The position numbers were made by a program, and so were the translations under genes. The notes beneath the pieces were generated by a model. That model searched no databases, was not told the origin of the DNA, and was given only the letters and a program-made list of their open reading frames with translations. From Macrostomum hystrix (Eukaryota > Animalia > Platyhelminthes): a DNA stretch of 64,000 nucleotides. Positions 24,901 through 35,495 of this stretch are shown one piece after another. Where the stretch lies: the NCBI GenBank assembly GCA_950097015.1, contig CATNEN010000038.1, positions 26,660,001 to 26,724,000 on the forward strand. Reading direction: 5' to 3'. The stretch's first letter is position 1; each line of letters opens with the position of its first letter.

Positions 24901-27900
24901 CACGCATCCAAGTGTCCTGGTGCACTACAATGCGGCAGAGGACCTCTACCTGGAGTGCGACGCCTCGCAGTACGGCCTGGGCGCTGTCATCTTCCATCGT
25001 CAGAACGGCATGGACAAACCGATCGCGTACGCTTCGCGCAGTCTCAGTGCCGCTGAGAAGAACTACTGTCAGCTGGAGAAGGAGGCACTCGCGCTGGTCT
25101 TTGGCGTCAGAAAATTCCACCAGTATCTGTTTGGCCGAGAGTTCAACCTGCTGACGGACCATCGGCCGCTGTTAGGCCTCCTTGGGCAGGAACGGCCGCT
25201 TCCAACGTTGGCGTCCGGCCGAGTTCAACGATGGGCGCTGCTCCTGACAGCCTATCGCTACCGTCTAGTACATCGCAGCGGGACCTCTATGCTCCGGGCG
25301 GACGCCCTGAGCCGCCTTCCTGCATCAAGCGGGCCCAAGGACGTTCCAGTGCCACCGGAAGTCATTCAAGTGATGGACTGACTCGACGCCGGTCCGGTGA
25401 CTTCATCAGATGTGCGTAACTGGTCACGCCGCGATGCCACATTGTCTCAGGTAATTCGTTTCTGTCTCTCTGCCTGGCCGGACAAGGGATCCCTGTCCCC
25501 TGACCTCACGCCCTTCGGCAAACGCCTACAGGAGCTCTCGGTCCAAGACGGCTGCATTCTTTGGGGCTGCCGCGTCGTCATTCCGGAGGCCTGTCGATCC
25601 AGTCTCCTGGAATCGCTGCACGTCGCACACCCTGGCGCGTCCCGCATGAAGTCGCTGGCCAGGAGCTACATCTGGTGGCCCGGCATGGACCGTGATATCG
25701 AGGCGAAGGCAGCGGGATGCCAGGAGTGCCAGAAGCACCAGCGAGTCGGTCCGGAGGTGCCACTGCAACCGTGGCCGCTGCCGACAAGGCCCTGGTCGCG
25801 GATTCACATCGACTTCGCAGGGCCCGTCCAAGGAAGAATGCTCCTGGTGGTAGTCGACTCCTACTCCAAGTGGATCGACGTTCACGTGACGTCGGCAACG
25901 ACAAGCTCTGCAACGATAGAGAAGCTACGACAGACCTTCAGTGCCCACGGCCTGCCGGATGCTATTGTCTCGGACAACGGTCCCTGCTTCGCAAGCTCGG
26001 AGTTCGAAACCTTCTGTGCTAAGAACGGCATTCGGCACATCCGCACGCCGCCCTACCACCCAGCTTCGAATGGCCAAGCCGAACGAACTGTGCAGACCGT
26101 CAAGAGCTCTCTGAAAAAACAAGCGAGCGACGGCAGCTCTCTGGAGACGCAGCTGGCGAGATTCTTGCTGAGTTACCGCACAACGCCGCACCCAACGACA
26201 GGAGTGGCTCCTTGTGAGCTACTGATGCGCCGTTCGCTGCGAACGCTCCTCGATGTACCCAGGCCAGACATTGCCAAGCGGGTCCTCGAGAACCAGGAGA
26301 AGCAAAGGCTGCAGCATGACTCTGGGGCGCACGGGCGGAGCTTCGCGGAGGGCGAGGCAGTGTTCGTTCAAGACTTCAGCTGTGGAAAGGAACGGAGCTG
26401 GACGCGAGCAACGGTGGTGGGCATTGAAGGCAGCAACTGGTACCAGTGCAACCTGCCGGACAACAGAACGGTTCGGCGCCATGCAAACCAGATGCGGTGC
26501 GATACGACTCACCGCAATGTGGACCAACAGCCTCGGGGGCTGGTCTGTCAGCCGCCACAACTGCCACCGCCCCTACCACTGGCACCGCCGCCATCGTCGA
26601 CACCGACAACGCCGCCGCCGCCGCCGCCGCCGCCCCCACCGCCGCCGCCGCCGACATCACTACATCAGCCACCGCCAACGCCTCCAACAATGGCACCGCA
26701 GCAGCAGCAGCGGCAGGATCAATCACCGCAGCACGTGCCTCGAAGATCGACCAGGATCCGCAAGAGCCCAGACCGTCTGAACTATGGTGGGAGAAGTGTT
26801 ATGTAGTGACTTGCAGCCAGCGCGTATACGCTGAGTACACCGCGCTGGCAGCTGTCTGTTAACTGGCTGAATATCATTTCATTGTGCGGTGCAGCCATGT
26901 GCAGCCAGCGCGCGTACGCTGAGTACACCGCGCTGGCAGCCGTTTGGTTAACTGGCTGACTTTCAAATCATTGTTCGCTCTATTTTATCACCCCCTAATC
27001 CTTACACCCAACGTGCCGTCGCATAAAATATATATCGCTGTTCTCAGGAGCGTGGAGCTCTGACTGTTTACGTTTCGTTCTAAATACCACCAGTCTAGAG
27101 CTATTTCAAGTGACAGTGGGAGAGTGACAGTAGGAGAGTGACAGTCGGAGAGTGACAGTGGGAGAGTGACAGTAGGAGAGTGACAGTAGGAGAGTAACAG
27201 TGGGAGAGTGACAGTGGGAGAGTGACAGTGGGAGAGTGACAGCGAGGTGACAGTGGGGTGACAGTGAGGCAACAATGGAGTGACAGCGGAGTGACAGTGA
27301 GGTAACAATGGAGTGACAGCGGAGTGATAGAGAAGTGAGTGTGGAGTGAAAGCGGAGTGACACTGAGGTGAAAGTGGAGTGACAGTGTAGTAGACAGCGG
27401 AGTGACAGAATCGTGCCGCTCACCAGCAGTCGGGCCGTTCCCAGCGAAACACAAAGGTCTCCCCAGTCCCGTAGTAGCGCCTTTCGGACACTCTGGGCTC
27501 GGCTGACAGGAAGGCGCCGAACACTCGGCCAGTGACCGTGGCCACGAGCAGCAGGCTGTACGGCTCCCTGGCGCCGCCGCCAATTTCCTCCACCAGCAGT
27601 CGGCAGGCTCTGTAGGCGGACTTCAACGAGAAGCCGTCCCGCCGTGCAGAGTGGACGAGCCGAAGGTCCAGGCTCTCCGCTCGGCTGGGCAAAGCTGCCA
27701 CCAGGTGGCGCAGTCGGCGACGTGTCAGGAGCCAGCGATAGTTGCTACGCTGATTGCCGGAAGCGTCGGCCGAATCGCCGAAAATTCGACGCGGTAGCGG
27801 CAAATCGAATCTGGTTGGCAGGGAAGCGCCGATAGGAGAATTATCACCTTTCTTATCAGGGTTTGGCGCAGCGCTCATGGCTGCCAGCAGGCCTCGATAA

Positions 27901-30900
27901 TAGTCGGGGTGGCTGCAGTCTTTGGGGCAATCAGTCCATGCCTCGTGGTCATCCACAAAGTCATCGTAGCAATCGTCGTTATCGCCGTATTCGTCGGCCG
28001 ACGCCGAAGATGACGGTGAAGATGCGGCCGCGTTTGCAGATGGGTCGGCAGGAACTGTACCGGCTTCTTGGTCGCTGGGGTGGCTGCAGCTGCCGCCGCT
28101 TGCGTCCTGGGGAAGTAGTTTAGTGCCGACTGTCACTGGGATTATGGGATCTGAGACGACTCGAAAGTTGTAGGATAATTGTGAATTCAGAATTTAGAAA
28201 AATTGGAATTTCAGAATAAAAAAATTAAGATTTCAGGATTTAGAAGAACTGGGATTTCAGGGTTAAGAAGAATAGGAACTTCAGAATTTAGGATAATTGG
28301 GATTTCAGGATTTAGAAAAATTGGGATTTTAGAATTTAGGATAATTGGGATTTCAGAATTTAGGATAATTGGGATTTCAGGGTCGAGAAGAGTTGGGATT
28401 TCAGGATTAAGAAGAATAGGGATTTCAGAACTTAGGATAATTGGGATTTCAGGATTTAGAAAAATTGGGATTTCGGAATTTAGGATAATTGGGATTTTAG
28501 AATTTAGGATAATTGGGATTTCAGGGTTTAGAAGAATTTGGATTTTAGGGTTAAGAAGAATTTGGGTTTTTATATTTAAAATAGTTGGGATTTCAGGGCT
28601 TTTGGGAGATCTACAAGAATAGGGATAATCTGGATGTTTGGCAGCTGGTGGGATTTAAGTAATTCCGTGGGGACCGGAAATTATGGCAGATCAGAATTGT
28701 AATAACTTTGAGATCTCGCAGCAGTGCAATAAATATTCCCATTCGAATTGGGAAAAGTAAAATGAAAACTGACTAACGCACCAGGTAGCCAAAAGCAGAA
28801 AAATTGGAACTGATACAAAAAACTCAGTCATTCCATATGATAAACTCACAAAACTAATTCTGGGATTTAATCAAAAAGCCATATTTCCAAAAATGTTACA
28901 TTAAAGCAAGCCACTCCATAGGAGCAGGTTAAACAAAAGCGTCAAGATAATTTTACTTAAATGCACGTTTCAGCGCTACTGAAAAAAGGACTTTAAACTT
29001 CAAATGTGAACCCCAACTGTTAAAAAAATCTCAAATGAAAACAAATTAACAAAGTCTTACCAGGGGCTAGGCTTAACGTCATCAGAATCTTATTTTTTAA
29101 TTAAAAAGACAAGCTATAAATTCTCAGATTATGTCATAATTGGAACAAAAAAACCAAAGCCTGAGGATCTGGTAAAAAAGCAGACCCAGCCTGAGGATCT
29201 GGTAAAAAAGCAGACCCAACCTGAGGATCTGGGAAGATAATAGACCCAGCCCGAGGATCTGGGAAGATAACAGACCCAGCCTGAGGATCTGGGAAGATAA
29301 CAGACCCAGCCTGAGGATCTGGGAAGATAATAGACCCAGCCTGAGGATCTGGGAAGATAACAGACCCAGCCTGAGGATCTGGGAAGATAACAGACCCAGC
29401 CTGAGGATCTGGGAAGATAATAGACCCAGCCTGAGGATCTGGGAAGATAACAGACCCAGCCTGAGGATCTGGGAAGATAACAGACCCAGCCTGAGGATCT
29501 GGGAAGATAATAGACCCAGCCTGAGGATCTGGGAAGATAATAGACCCAGCCTGAGGATCTGGGAAGATAATAGACCCAGCCCGAGGATCTGGGAAGATAA
29601 CAGACCCAGCCTGAGGATCTGGGAAGATAGCAGACCCAGCCTGAGGATCTGGGAAGATAACAGACCCAGCCTGAGGATCTGGGAAGATAATAGACCCAGC
29701 CTGAGGATCTGGGAAGATAATAGACCCAGCCTGAGGATCTGGGAAGATAATAGACCCAGCCCGAGGATCTGGGAAGATAACAGACCCAGCCTGAGGATCT
29801 GGGAAGATAGCAGACCCAGCCTGAGGATCTGGGAAGATAATAGACCCAGCCTGAGGATCTGGGAAGATAATAGACCCAGCCTGAGGATCTGGGAAGATAA
29901 TAGACCCAGCCTGAGGATCTGGGAAGATAATAGACCCAGCCCGAGGATCTGGGAAGATAACAGACCCAGCCAGAGGATCTGGGAAGATAACAGACCCAGC
30001 CTGAGGATCTGGTAAAAAAAAGCAGACCCAGCCTGAGGATCTGGGAAGATAACAGACCCAGCCTGAGGATCTGGGAAGATAACAGACCCAGCCTGAGGAT
30101 CTGGGAAGATAACAGACCCAGCCTGAGGATCTGGGAAGATAACAGACCCAGCCTGAGGATCTGGGAAGATAATAGACCCAGCCTGAGGATCTGGGAAGAT
30201 AACAGACCCAGCCTGAGGATCTGGTAAAAAAAAGCAGACCCAGCCTGAGGATCTGGGAAGATAACAGACCCAGCCTGAGGATCTGGGAAGATAACAGACC
30301 CAGTCTGAGGATCTGGGAAGATTATAGACCCAGTCTGAGGATCTGGGAAGATTACAGACACAACATGGGGATCTAGTAAAATAGAAATAGAAAAATAAGT
30401 TGAAAATCTTGCAAAATTAGAGAATGACTTGAGGATCAAGGAGACGTGGCAGGCTCTACACAATGTCAAATAAAGTAGTACTAAATACTAGTGGTTCTCG
30501 GCCCTACAAAAAGAACACAACAAAAAGTAAGCAACAGAATGCAAAAAATCCCACACAATAACTTTTTAGCATTGCAGCCCATAATTTTAAGAACATTTTC
30601 AACAAGTAAAAAGCGAGTTGAAAACGGATCAGAATTTGTAGAGTTGCTATTGATCGGAGCAGATTATTATAAAAAATATCGATCAAGGATTTCGTTCAGC
30701 AATCGAAATTTAACATACATTTTTCGCAGCTAAGCATACCTCCTAAGCTTGATTTATTTCAAAATACGAGTAGAAGCATATAAAATGTGAGAAAGAGGAA
30801 GCTTATATATATTTTTTAAATCATGACATGCCAAAAACTGTAGAACTTTTTCTAGCCTTAGTCTGCCTTGTTTATTTAACTGTTTGATCCCTCAATATCA

Positions 30901-32892
30901 AATACCATTCATTTGTTAGGACAGTTTCGTGTACTTCTTGACGTTGACCGAGAAAAGTCATTACCTCATTTCATGAGCTTTAGGGTGGGTCATCACCCCA
31001 TTCTTGGATTGTTATTAATAACCCTACCCTAAACAATTTGGAAGGTCACTATTTGGGGCGCAGCCGTGTAGAGAAGGTGTGGGGGCTTGTCGTGCAATGT
31101 ACACCCTTTTAAGGCGAACCTCCGAGGCACAGTGACAGTGTACACTTACCTGACAATGCAGGCAGTCAGCGAAGTGGGCAGAATTGCCTCCTCGCTGGCT
31201 GCGGGTCTAGTGTCACCAAGTGATGCGCCATTGCCAACAGCCCTCCTGCAAACATTTATTAACTTAAGTCATACCCCCAGCTACCTAGCTACTTTGAAAG
31301 TTCATTACCCTTTGTTTTTACATCCCCCTTCTTTCTGTGCTTGTCTACGCTCGCGAGCCCTCTTATTGTACTTTTTCCCCTCTCCCTCTATATGTTCACA
31401 TTTTTAACTAACCTTCATGTCTCTTTCCTCTCCTTCGTCTCTGATTGGCTAGCTGCTCGTCTCTCTTTCCTCACCCCCTCCTTTTCAGCTCTTACCCTCT
31501 AGCTTAGCCCGTCCTAAACTAGTCTTACCCTTGTACCCACTCCTATCTCTTGGTTAATGTATGATTCTTGGCCTAGAGGGCTTCTGCCTGCCATGTTAAC
31601 ACTGGTTTTATCTATTTTAAGAAATAACAACACCCAAAATAAAGTATAGGCTATTACCCTACCTTGGTACTTTTAAAGGTCATCAATCATCATTACCCCA
31701 GAGTTCTGGCAAGGCAGAATACTCACTGTAGGTCGCCTCTTTCGTCTTCGCCGTCTGCCACGTCGGCCAACACCGCAGCAGTTGCGACAGAATTTCAGCA
31801 ATGCATCAGCCTCAGATCGTCTAGTTGTGAACCAGAATTCGTCAATAGAACTTGTTGACGGAGGGACAATAGCAGAGTTGGATGTGCTGGACAGTTTTTG
31901 ATCAAATTTTCTACAACCGAAGCAGAGATAGATTGGCATAGCGGGAGATGCCGATGAGCCATCATCAGGGATGTTGGGCCGATACTCAAACTGGCACTGA
32001 GCTGGCCGGTCATCTGGCCTAGTGCCAATCAGTTCGGGACTAGTGTAGGCCGCCAGATATGCTAAGCCAGCCACAGGCCTAGCAACACAATAAGCTTCTG
32101 GCCCACGATCTACTACCAACGGATCGGACAGAGAGGGCTCAAACAGTAAACTATTTGGAGTCACAAGCAGGCAGCCGCTGGCAACGCCCTCGCATCTAGT
32201 CATTAGTCTGGCATTGGCGCGAACGAATCGCGGCCTGGCGCCCAGATAAGAAGGCCTATCTGGATCTCTAGGCGCGCTGACAATTTCAGCATCCTTTGTT
32301 GTGCTGCTGCTGCTGCTGCTCCGGGGCACAGTGAGACGAAGGCCGGGGTAGAGAAGCTCACCGGACCGAAACCGCTGACGATTTAGTCTACGCAGTTCGC
32401 CAGGCGTTGTGTCAAAGCGAGCGGCGACACTGTTAAAAGTGTCTCCATCAACGATCTAAGAAATAAAATTTTATAACTCAATGCAAGAAACATGTCCCAA
32501 ATTCAATAAAAAAGCTTTTGAAACAACTTAACTAATGTAATAGAAGACACTAAAAAACACCTAAATTTATCTAGAATAAAAACACTTAAGTTAAAAACTT
32601 TAAGACTTAAAAAGTTACTTTACCTAAAATGCTACTTTACATAGAAATGCAAGGAACAAAATTGTAATCAGCATTGCACTTTTGAAACTATATACCATGT
32701 ACTTTTATCCCTCTACAGTTTTGTTCTGCTAAATCAAGACTAATACTAAATCAAATAAAAAAACGATCAAAGTTTTTGCCTATAGTATTTAGGGAATGCA
32801 CATCTTACACAAATTATATAATAAGGCAATAAATATAACTTTTTTGTACTGACCACATATTCAGAAGTATCCTTCTCATCCATCGAAGTCAT
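21915..32892 (-). CDS. OXR1: OXR1/NCOA7-family protein (LysM + GRAM-like + TLDc), ~629 aa
   Basis: Exons 32892-32854, 32455-31727, tentative micro-exon 29088-29061, 28150-27424, 22281-21915. LysM: YVIVDGDTFNSVAARFDTTPGELRRLN. GRAM-like: GVASGCLLVTPNSLLFEP..SDPLV. TLDc: LVHSARRDGFSLKSAY, VFGAFLS, YYGTGETFVF, WTGENMFF, AIWLDSDL.RGRSQPCDTFNSPVL, DF.VRDLEIWAF. OXR1 and NCOA7 cannot be distinguished (likely co-orthologue). Confidence 0.87.
22297..22425. repeat. gtgacag-based 10-14 bp satellite, left part of the array split by the LTR element
   Basis: Units gtgacagtgggaga / gtgacagcgga. The array continues at 27109-27410. Confidence 0.85.
22426..22737 (+). repeat. 5' LTR
   Basis: Runs tgttatgtag...gctatttca and matches 26797-27108. 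Confidence 0.96.
22739..22748 (+). other. Primer binding site, complementary to the 3' end of tRNA-Ser(GCU)-type tRNAs (...CUCGUCG-CCA)
   Basis: TGGCGACGAG sits 1 nt after the 5' LTR. The tRNA assignment is from recalled metazoan tRNA-Ser(GCT) ends. Confidence 0.7.
22763..25381 (+). CDS. Gag-protease-RT-RNase H polyprotein
   Basis: Two CCHC knuckles (CFRCLSTRHLASKC, CFKCSKTGHTAKAC), protease VDTGA, RT LPFG and FIDD, RNase H CDAS..EKEALA..TDH. Ends at an in-frame TGA. Confidence 0.93.
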   Translation: MPAHGIGEFEDSVETWDEYQERLEQHFLAQDITDEGKKRATLLSVCGRKTFQLARSLCSPAKVAGKSYDDICSLLSGHFNPRPSEIVQRFHFNNRAQRAGETVAEFLAELRKLAEFCNFGNSLSDMLRDRLVCGIADQQIQRRLLMEPTLTLDTAKEIARAGESAAINCRSLGSANSAAPTPSTESDAVLRMERQRPEEDSRQLGAESRRRCFRCLSTRHLASKCPFVDKRCFKCSKTGHTAKACKTDALRQQQTHQLVEQVTTSASPDEVSYPFYHLGADRPQSSFPPIRTSVFIEGRQHEMEVDTGASVSLMSERTFKANLDGLVTLSRSTIQLSTYTGQAVRVLGQLSVRVRVSADSDEAQLRLLVVAGDGPSLLGRDWLAQLRLDWQSVKRIGDPAEKLIKEFSDVFQGLGEFNGKPVSISLKETARPKFFKARPVPFALREKVEQQLQKEIDQGVLMPVKNSDWASPIVPVMKSDGSVRVCADFKQGVNTAIRPEAYPLPNIDELFARLTGGQKFSKLDLTNAFMQLPLDEEAQEVCTINTSVGLLRYTRLPFGVSIAPSVFQRVMDNLLRGIPHTASFIDDVIITGEDDASHLHNLREVLRVFKESGLTCKLEKCRFFQDEVTYLGHRIDAEGLHPLDDKVQAVLDAPAPTNTTQLRSFLGLINYYGKFLPNLSSVLAPLHRLLEKNSKWRWDRGEAKAFAAAKQLLTHPSVLVHYNAAEDLYLECDASQYGLGAVIFHRQNGMDKPIAYASRSLSAAEKNYCQLEKEALALVFGVRKFHQYLFGREFNLLTDHRPLLGLLGQERPLPTLASGRVQRWALLLTAYRYRLVHRSGTSMLRADALSRLPASSGPKDVPVPPEVIQVMD
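25382..26806 (+). CDS. Integrase portion of pol (same frame, after the TGA)
   Basis: HHCC (H.AHPG..C..C), catalytic HIDFAGP / SDNG / AER, Pro-rich tail and RRSTRIRKSPDRL. The stop codon lies inside the 3' LTR. Confidence 0.9.
   Translation, partial: LDAGPVTSSDVRNWSRRDATLSQVIRFCLSAWPDKGSLSPDLTPFGKRLQELSVQDGCILWGCRVVIPEACRSSLLESLHVAHPGASRMKSLARSYIWWPGMDRDIEAKAAGCQECQKHQRVGPEVPLQPWPLPTRPWSRIHIDFAGPVQGRMLLVVVDSYSKWIDVHVTSATTSSATIEKLRQTFSAHGLPDAIVSDNGPCFASSEFETFCAKNGIRHIRTPPYHPASNGQAERTVQTVKSSLKKQASDGSSLETQLARFLLSYRTTPHPTTGVAPCELLMRRSLRTLLDVPRPDIAKRVLENQEKQRLQHDSGAHGRSFAEGEAVFVQDFSCGKERSWTRATVVGIEGSNWYQCNLPDNRTVRRHANQMRCDTTHRNVDQQPRGLVCQPPQLPPPLPLAPPPSSTPTTPPPPPPPPPPPPPPTSLHQPPPTPPTMAPQQQQRQDQSPQHVPRRSTRIRKSPDRLNYGGRSVM
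26797..27108 (+). repeat. 3' LTR
   Basis: Identical to the 5' LTR by eye, followed by TSD agtga. Confidence 0.96.
27109..27410. repeat. gtgacagtgggaga satellite, right part of the split array
   Basis: Tandem 14-bp units decaying toward the donor at 27423. Confidence 0.88.
28170..28620. repeat. Degenerate 24-bp minisatellite (gggatttcagaatttaggataatt)
   Basis: 24-bp periodicity. Abuts the OXR1 acceptor at 28151. Confidence 0.85.
29155..30365. repeat. 30-bp minisatellite (cagacccagcctgaggatctgggaagataa), OXR1 intron
   Basis: About 40 near-identical copies. Confidence 0.97.
31090..31252 (+). mobile_element. Copy C of the dispersed element
   Basis: Aligns with copies A, B and D over both conserved blocks. 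Confidence 0.72.
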
Positions 32893-35199
32893 TACTGTGA
32901 GCCTGTTAATGCAATGGTAACAGTTATAGAGTCACAGCTGGAATATAATTAAAGATAATATTTTATCGATTTTAAAACAACAAAGAAAAGAAAATTTAAA
33001 TAAAGTTCATAAAATTACAATACCATGTCACAATAATTGGACTACTCACTAAGCTACACAACTAAAAATAAATTTAGAGACTACCTTTCTGTTTTAGCTT
33101 TAACAAAAAAAATGTAGTATTAACAAAAAACTGTGAATGTAGACTAATGATCTTATTGATCTAGAATTTTAAGCCAGTGTACAAAGTCAGTGTGTATATG
33201 TATACAAACAATAGCTAATTTAAAGCAGTAAAAACCAAAGCATAACTGTAAAACAATCTAATTACACTTTTATTTTCTACAAAACATAAATAATACAGTA
33301 GCAGTACTTATTTTAGTTGATTAAATGTACATATACGTCATCTCTTGCATACTAAACCAGAAAGAATTATCCTAAACTTCAACAATGATTTTGCTTAAAT
33401 TATAATAGTAAATAAATATATATGTCATAACAAGAAAAAAACAAAGCAGTTGATTATTCTTAAAAACATTATCAAGATTTCATTTACTAGGCTTCTTAAA
33501 CTTTAATCCTGTTAAAATACTTCGGGTCTCCTCATCGACACACTTAAAACTTTCACTCTAAAAATGTAATCTGCATTAAATTTGTAATTAGTTATCTTTG
33601 CAATATTAAAAAAATGTTCCTTGATTTTTTCTAAACTAGGAATAAGAAACTAAATTGAGAAAGGAACATTTTTTGCATTATTCATATTTTTATACAAAAG
33701 CATTCAAGTCTTCGTTCGTACTTAGAGTGTTGCAAGTACATTTACCATTGTGCGTTTCTATGAACTCCGAGTTCTAAATTGATGAACTCTCAGCGTTAAT
33801 TTAGCGCGAACGAAAAATACACAATAAAACAAAACTGACAATTACTATGTAGATACCTGCACCGTCTTGCTAATTCTGTGGGAGTTTCGCTAACTTCGAA
33901 CATTTTTTAAAATATTATTTTGGAGAAAAATGAAATAATGTTTTTTAATGTTACTATGGATAAGTCATTTTTTGTACTTGTTTGCCATTGTGACGAGCAT
34001 TTAATATGTAATCTAATGCAATGTTGCAATGTAATAACCGATGCGTGAAGTTTGTAAGTAATTCATTGATAGTTTTACATATTTGAAAATTTCAATTCAA
34101 AATAAGGTATTAATTGTGTGAAGGCTTGCGTGTACATGTAGACTTAGAAGATTACTTTTACATTAATTAAAACCAGTATTTTTTATTTGAAGACAAAACC
34201 AAACAATTTATAATCTAAGCCATTTTTGGGAATACATGGCATTTTTTAATGCAGCTATACGTCTTGATAGTTTTGATGAGCGAAACGAAATATGGTAGAA
34301 AAGACCATTTGACCAAAGACATTTTGATCGGCTCCATGAGGATCATGTCAGAATAGAGACGACGATCACGTTTCCGGTTACAAACAATAAAAAAATAAAG
34401 CAGTGATGAAGACGCGTTTGTTGACTCTGAACAGAAGTCATTAAGTCGTGCAAGATAGTATGTAATATGCAAGTTATCGTAAATTCATATACTCGTAGTT
34501 AATTCAAGTTCATTATTCAAGTATTGAACTAAATATTCAGTTTTCGAACATAAGAAGATAATAATTCTGAACATAAGAAGCTGAGAAACCTTTCCGCCTG
34601 CATTGTAGACTTCTTCCTTTTATAGAATTATTTTCCGTAGAGCTTTGTTGTAGAGAATATAAGAAACAATAATATAACCGATTTTTGTTAATTTTGCTTA
34701 TAATGAATCTTTCGACATTTGTGAATTTTTAAAATATTTCCAAAGTAATTCGTTTTCTAAAAGTAATAACTTTTGGGCCAGTCAAACTGTAAAAGCAAAG
34801 GTTTTAAAGCAAAGAAAAAATGGTTTTATGTGTCTATAATGGGATCCGCTTTGCTTTAAACTAAATAATTTGTTGGCTATACTAAAACAGTTTTTAAAGG
34901 CATTTTAAAGACTTAACTAAAGCCAACCGTTTCGTGTTTGAACAAAATAATTTTTGAAGAAAATGTGGAGATTGATCAGTCATTCGATGAAAATGAAAAA
35001 ATATTCCGTCTAGAAGGAATGATATTAATAACATGATTAAGGGTAAAAAGAACGAGTATAATTATTCGATTGAATTCTCAAATTCAAGCAATGTTTTTAA
35101 GAAATTGCATTTATATGGTTTATGCAATTTTCTTCAGCTACCAAATTGTGTTATTCACTTGCATTATTTTATGCTTTTTACCTCCCTACCTCGTCGCAG

Positions 35200-35400
35200 C
35201 AGCCGCTCACTCCGTCAATAAGTCTTCTTAATCCTGATTCGCAAAAATTTTAAAAGGTAAACAGACCCAACCCTACTTTGATGGCCAACCTCACTCCGGT
35301 CCTTTGAACTACTTTATTCTAATTGGCTCCTGCAGCTGCTAAAATCACGTGACCATGAATTCCTACTCTCTCTGCGCTCCAAGTTCTTGATTGGCTGGTT
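35200..35400 (-). promoter_or_regulatory. Candidate OXR1 promoter: two CCAAT boxes and a TCACGTGA E-box
   Basis: attggc at ~35322 and ~35390, tcacgtga at 35345-35352, directly downstream of the DGK 3' end. Confidence 0.4.
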
Positions 35401-35495
35401 TCTTTTTTAATACGATTTAAATTCATAGTCTGAAGAGTTTAACACGAAAAAATCGTGCTATAAATCAGCAATGCCGACATTCAAAGTTATGCGTT

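Larger units (their letters stand above)
22426..27108 (+). mobile_element. Full-length Ty3/Gypsy LTR retrotransposon (Mag-like), antisense in the last OXR1 intron
   Basis: LTRs 22426-22737 and 26797-27108 (312 bp, TG...CA, identical by eye). TSD AGTGA at 22421-22425 and 27109-27113. PBS TGGCGACGAG at 22739. PPT ggtgggagaag before the 3' LTR. Domain order gag-PR-RT-RH-IN. Confidence 0.97.

Noticed and set aside
23013-26862. Many alternative-frame and antisense ORFs in the LTR element
   Set aside because: Expected shadows of GC-rich coding sequence, with no recognisable motifs and no env-like TM segment.
29129-30469. 446-aa ORF (YLPRSSGWV)n
   Set aside because: Satellite translation inside an OXR1 intron. 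The frame switches at unit indels.
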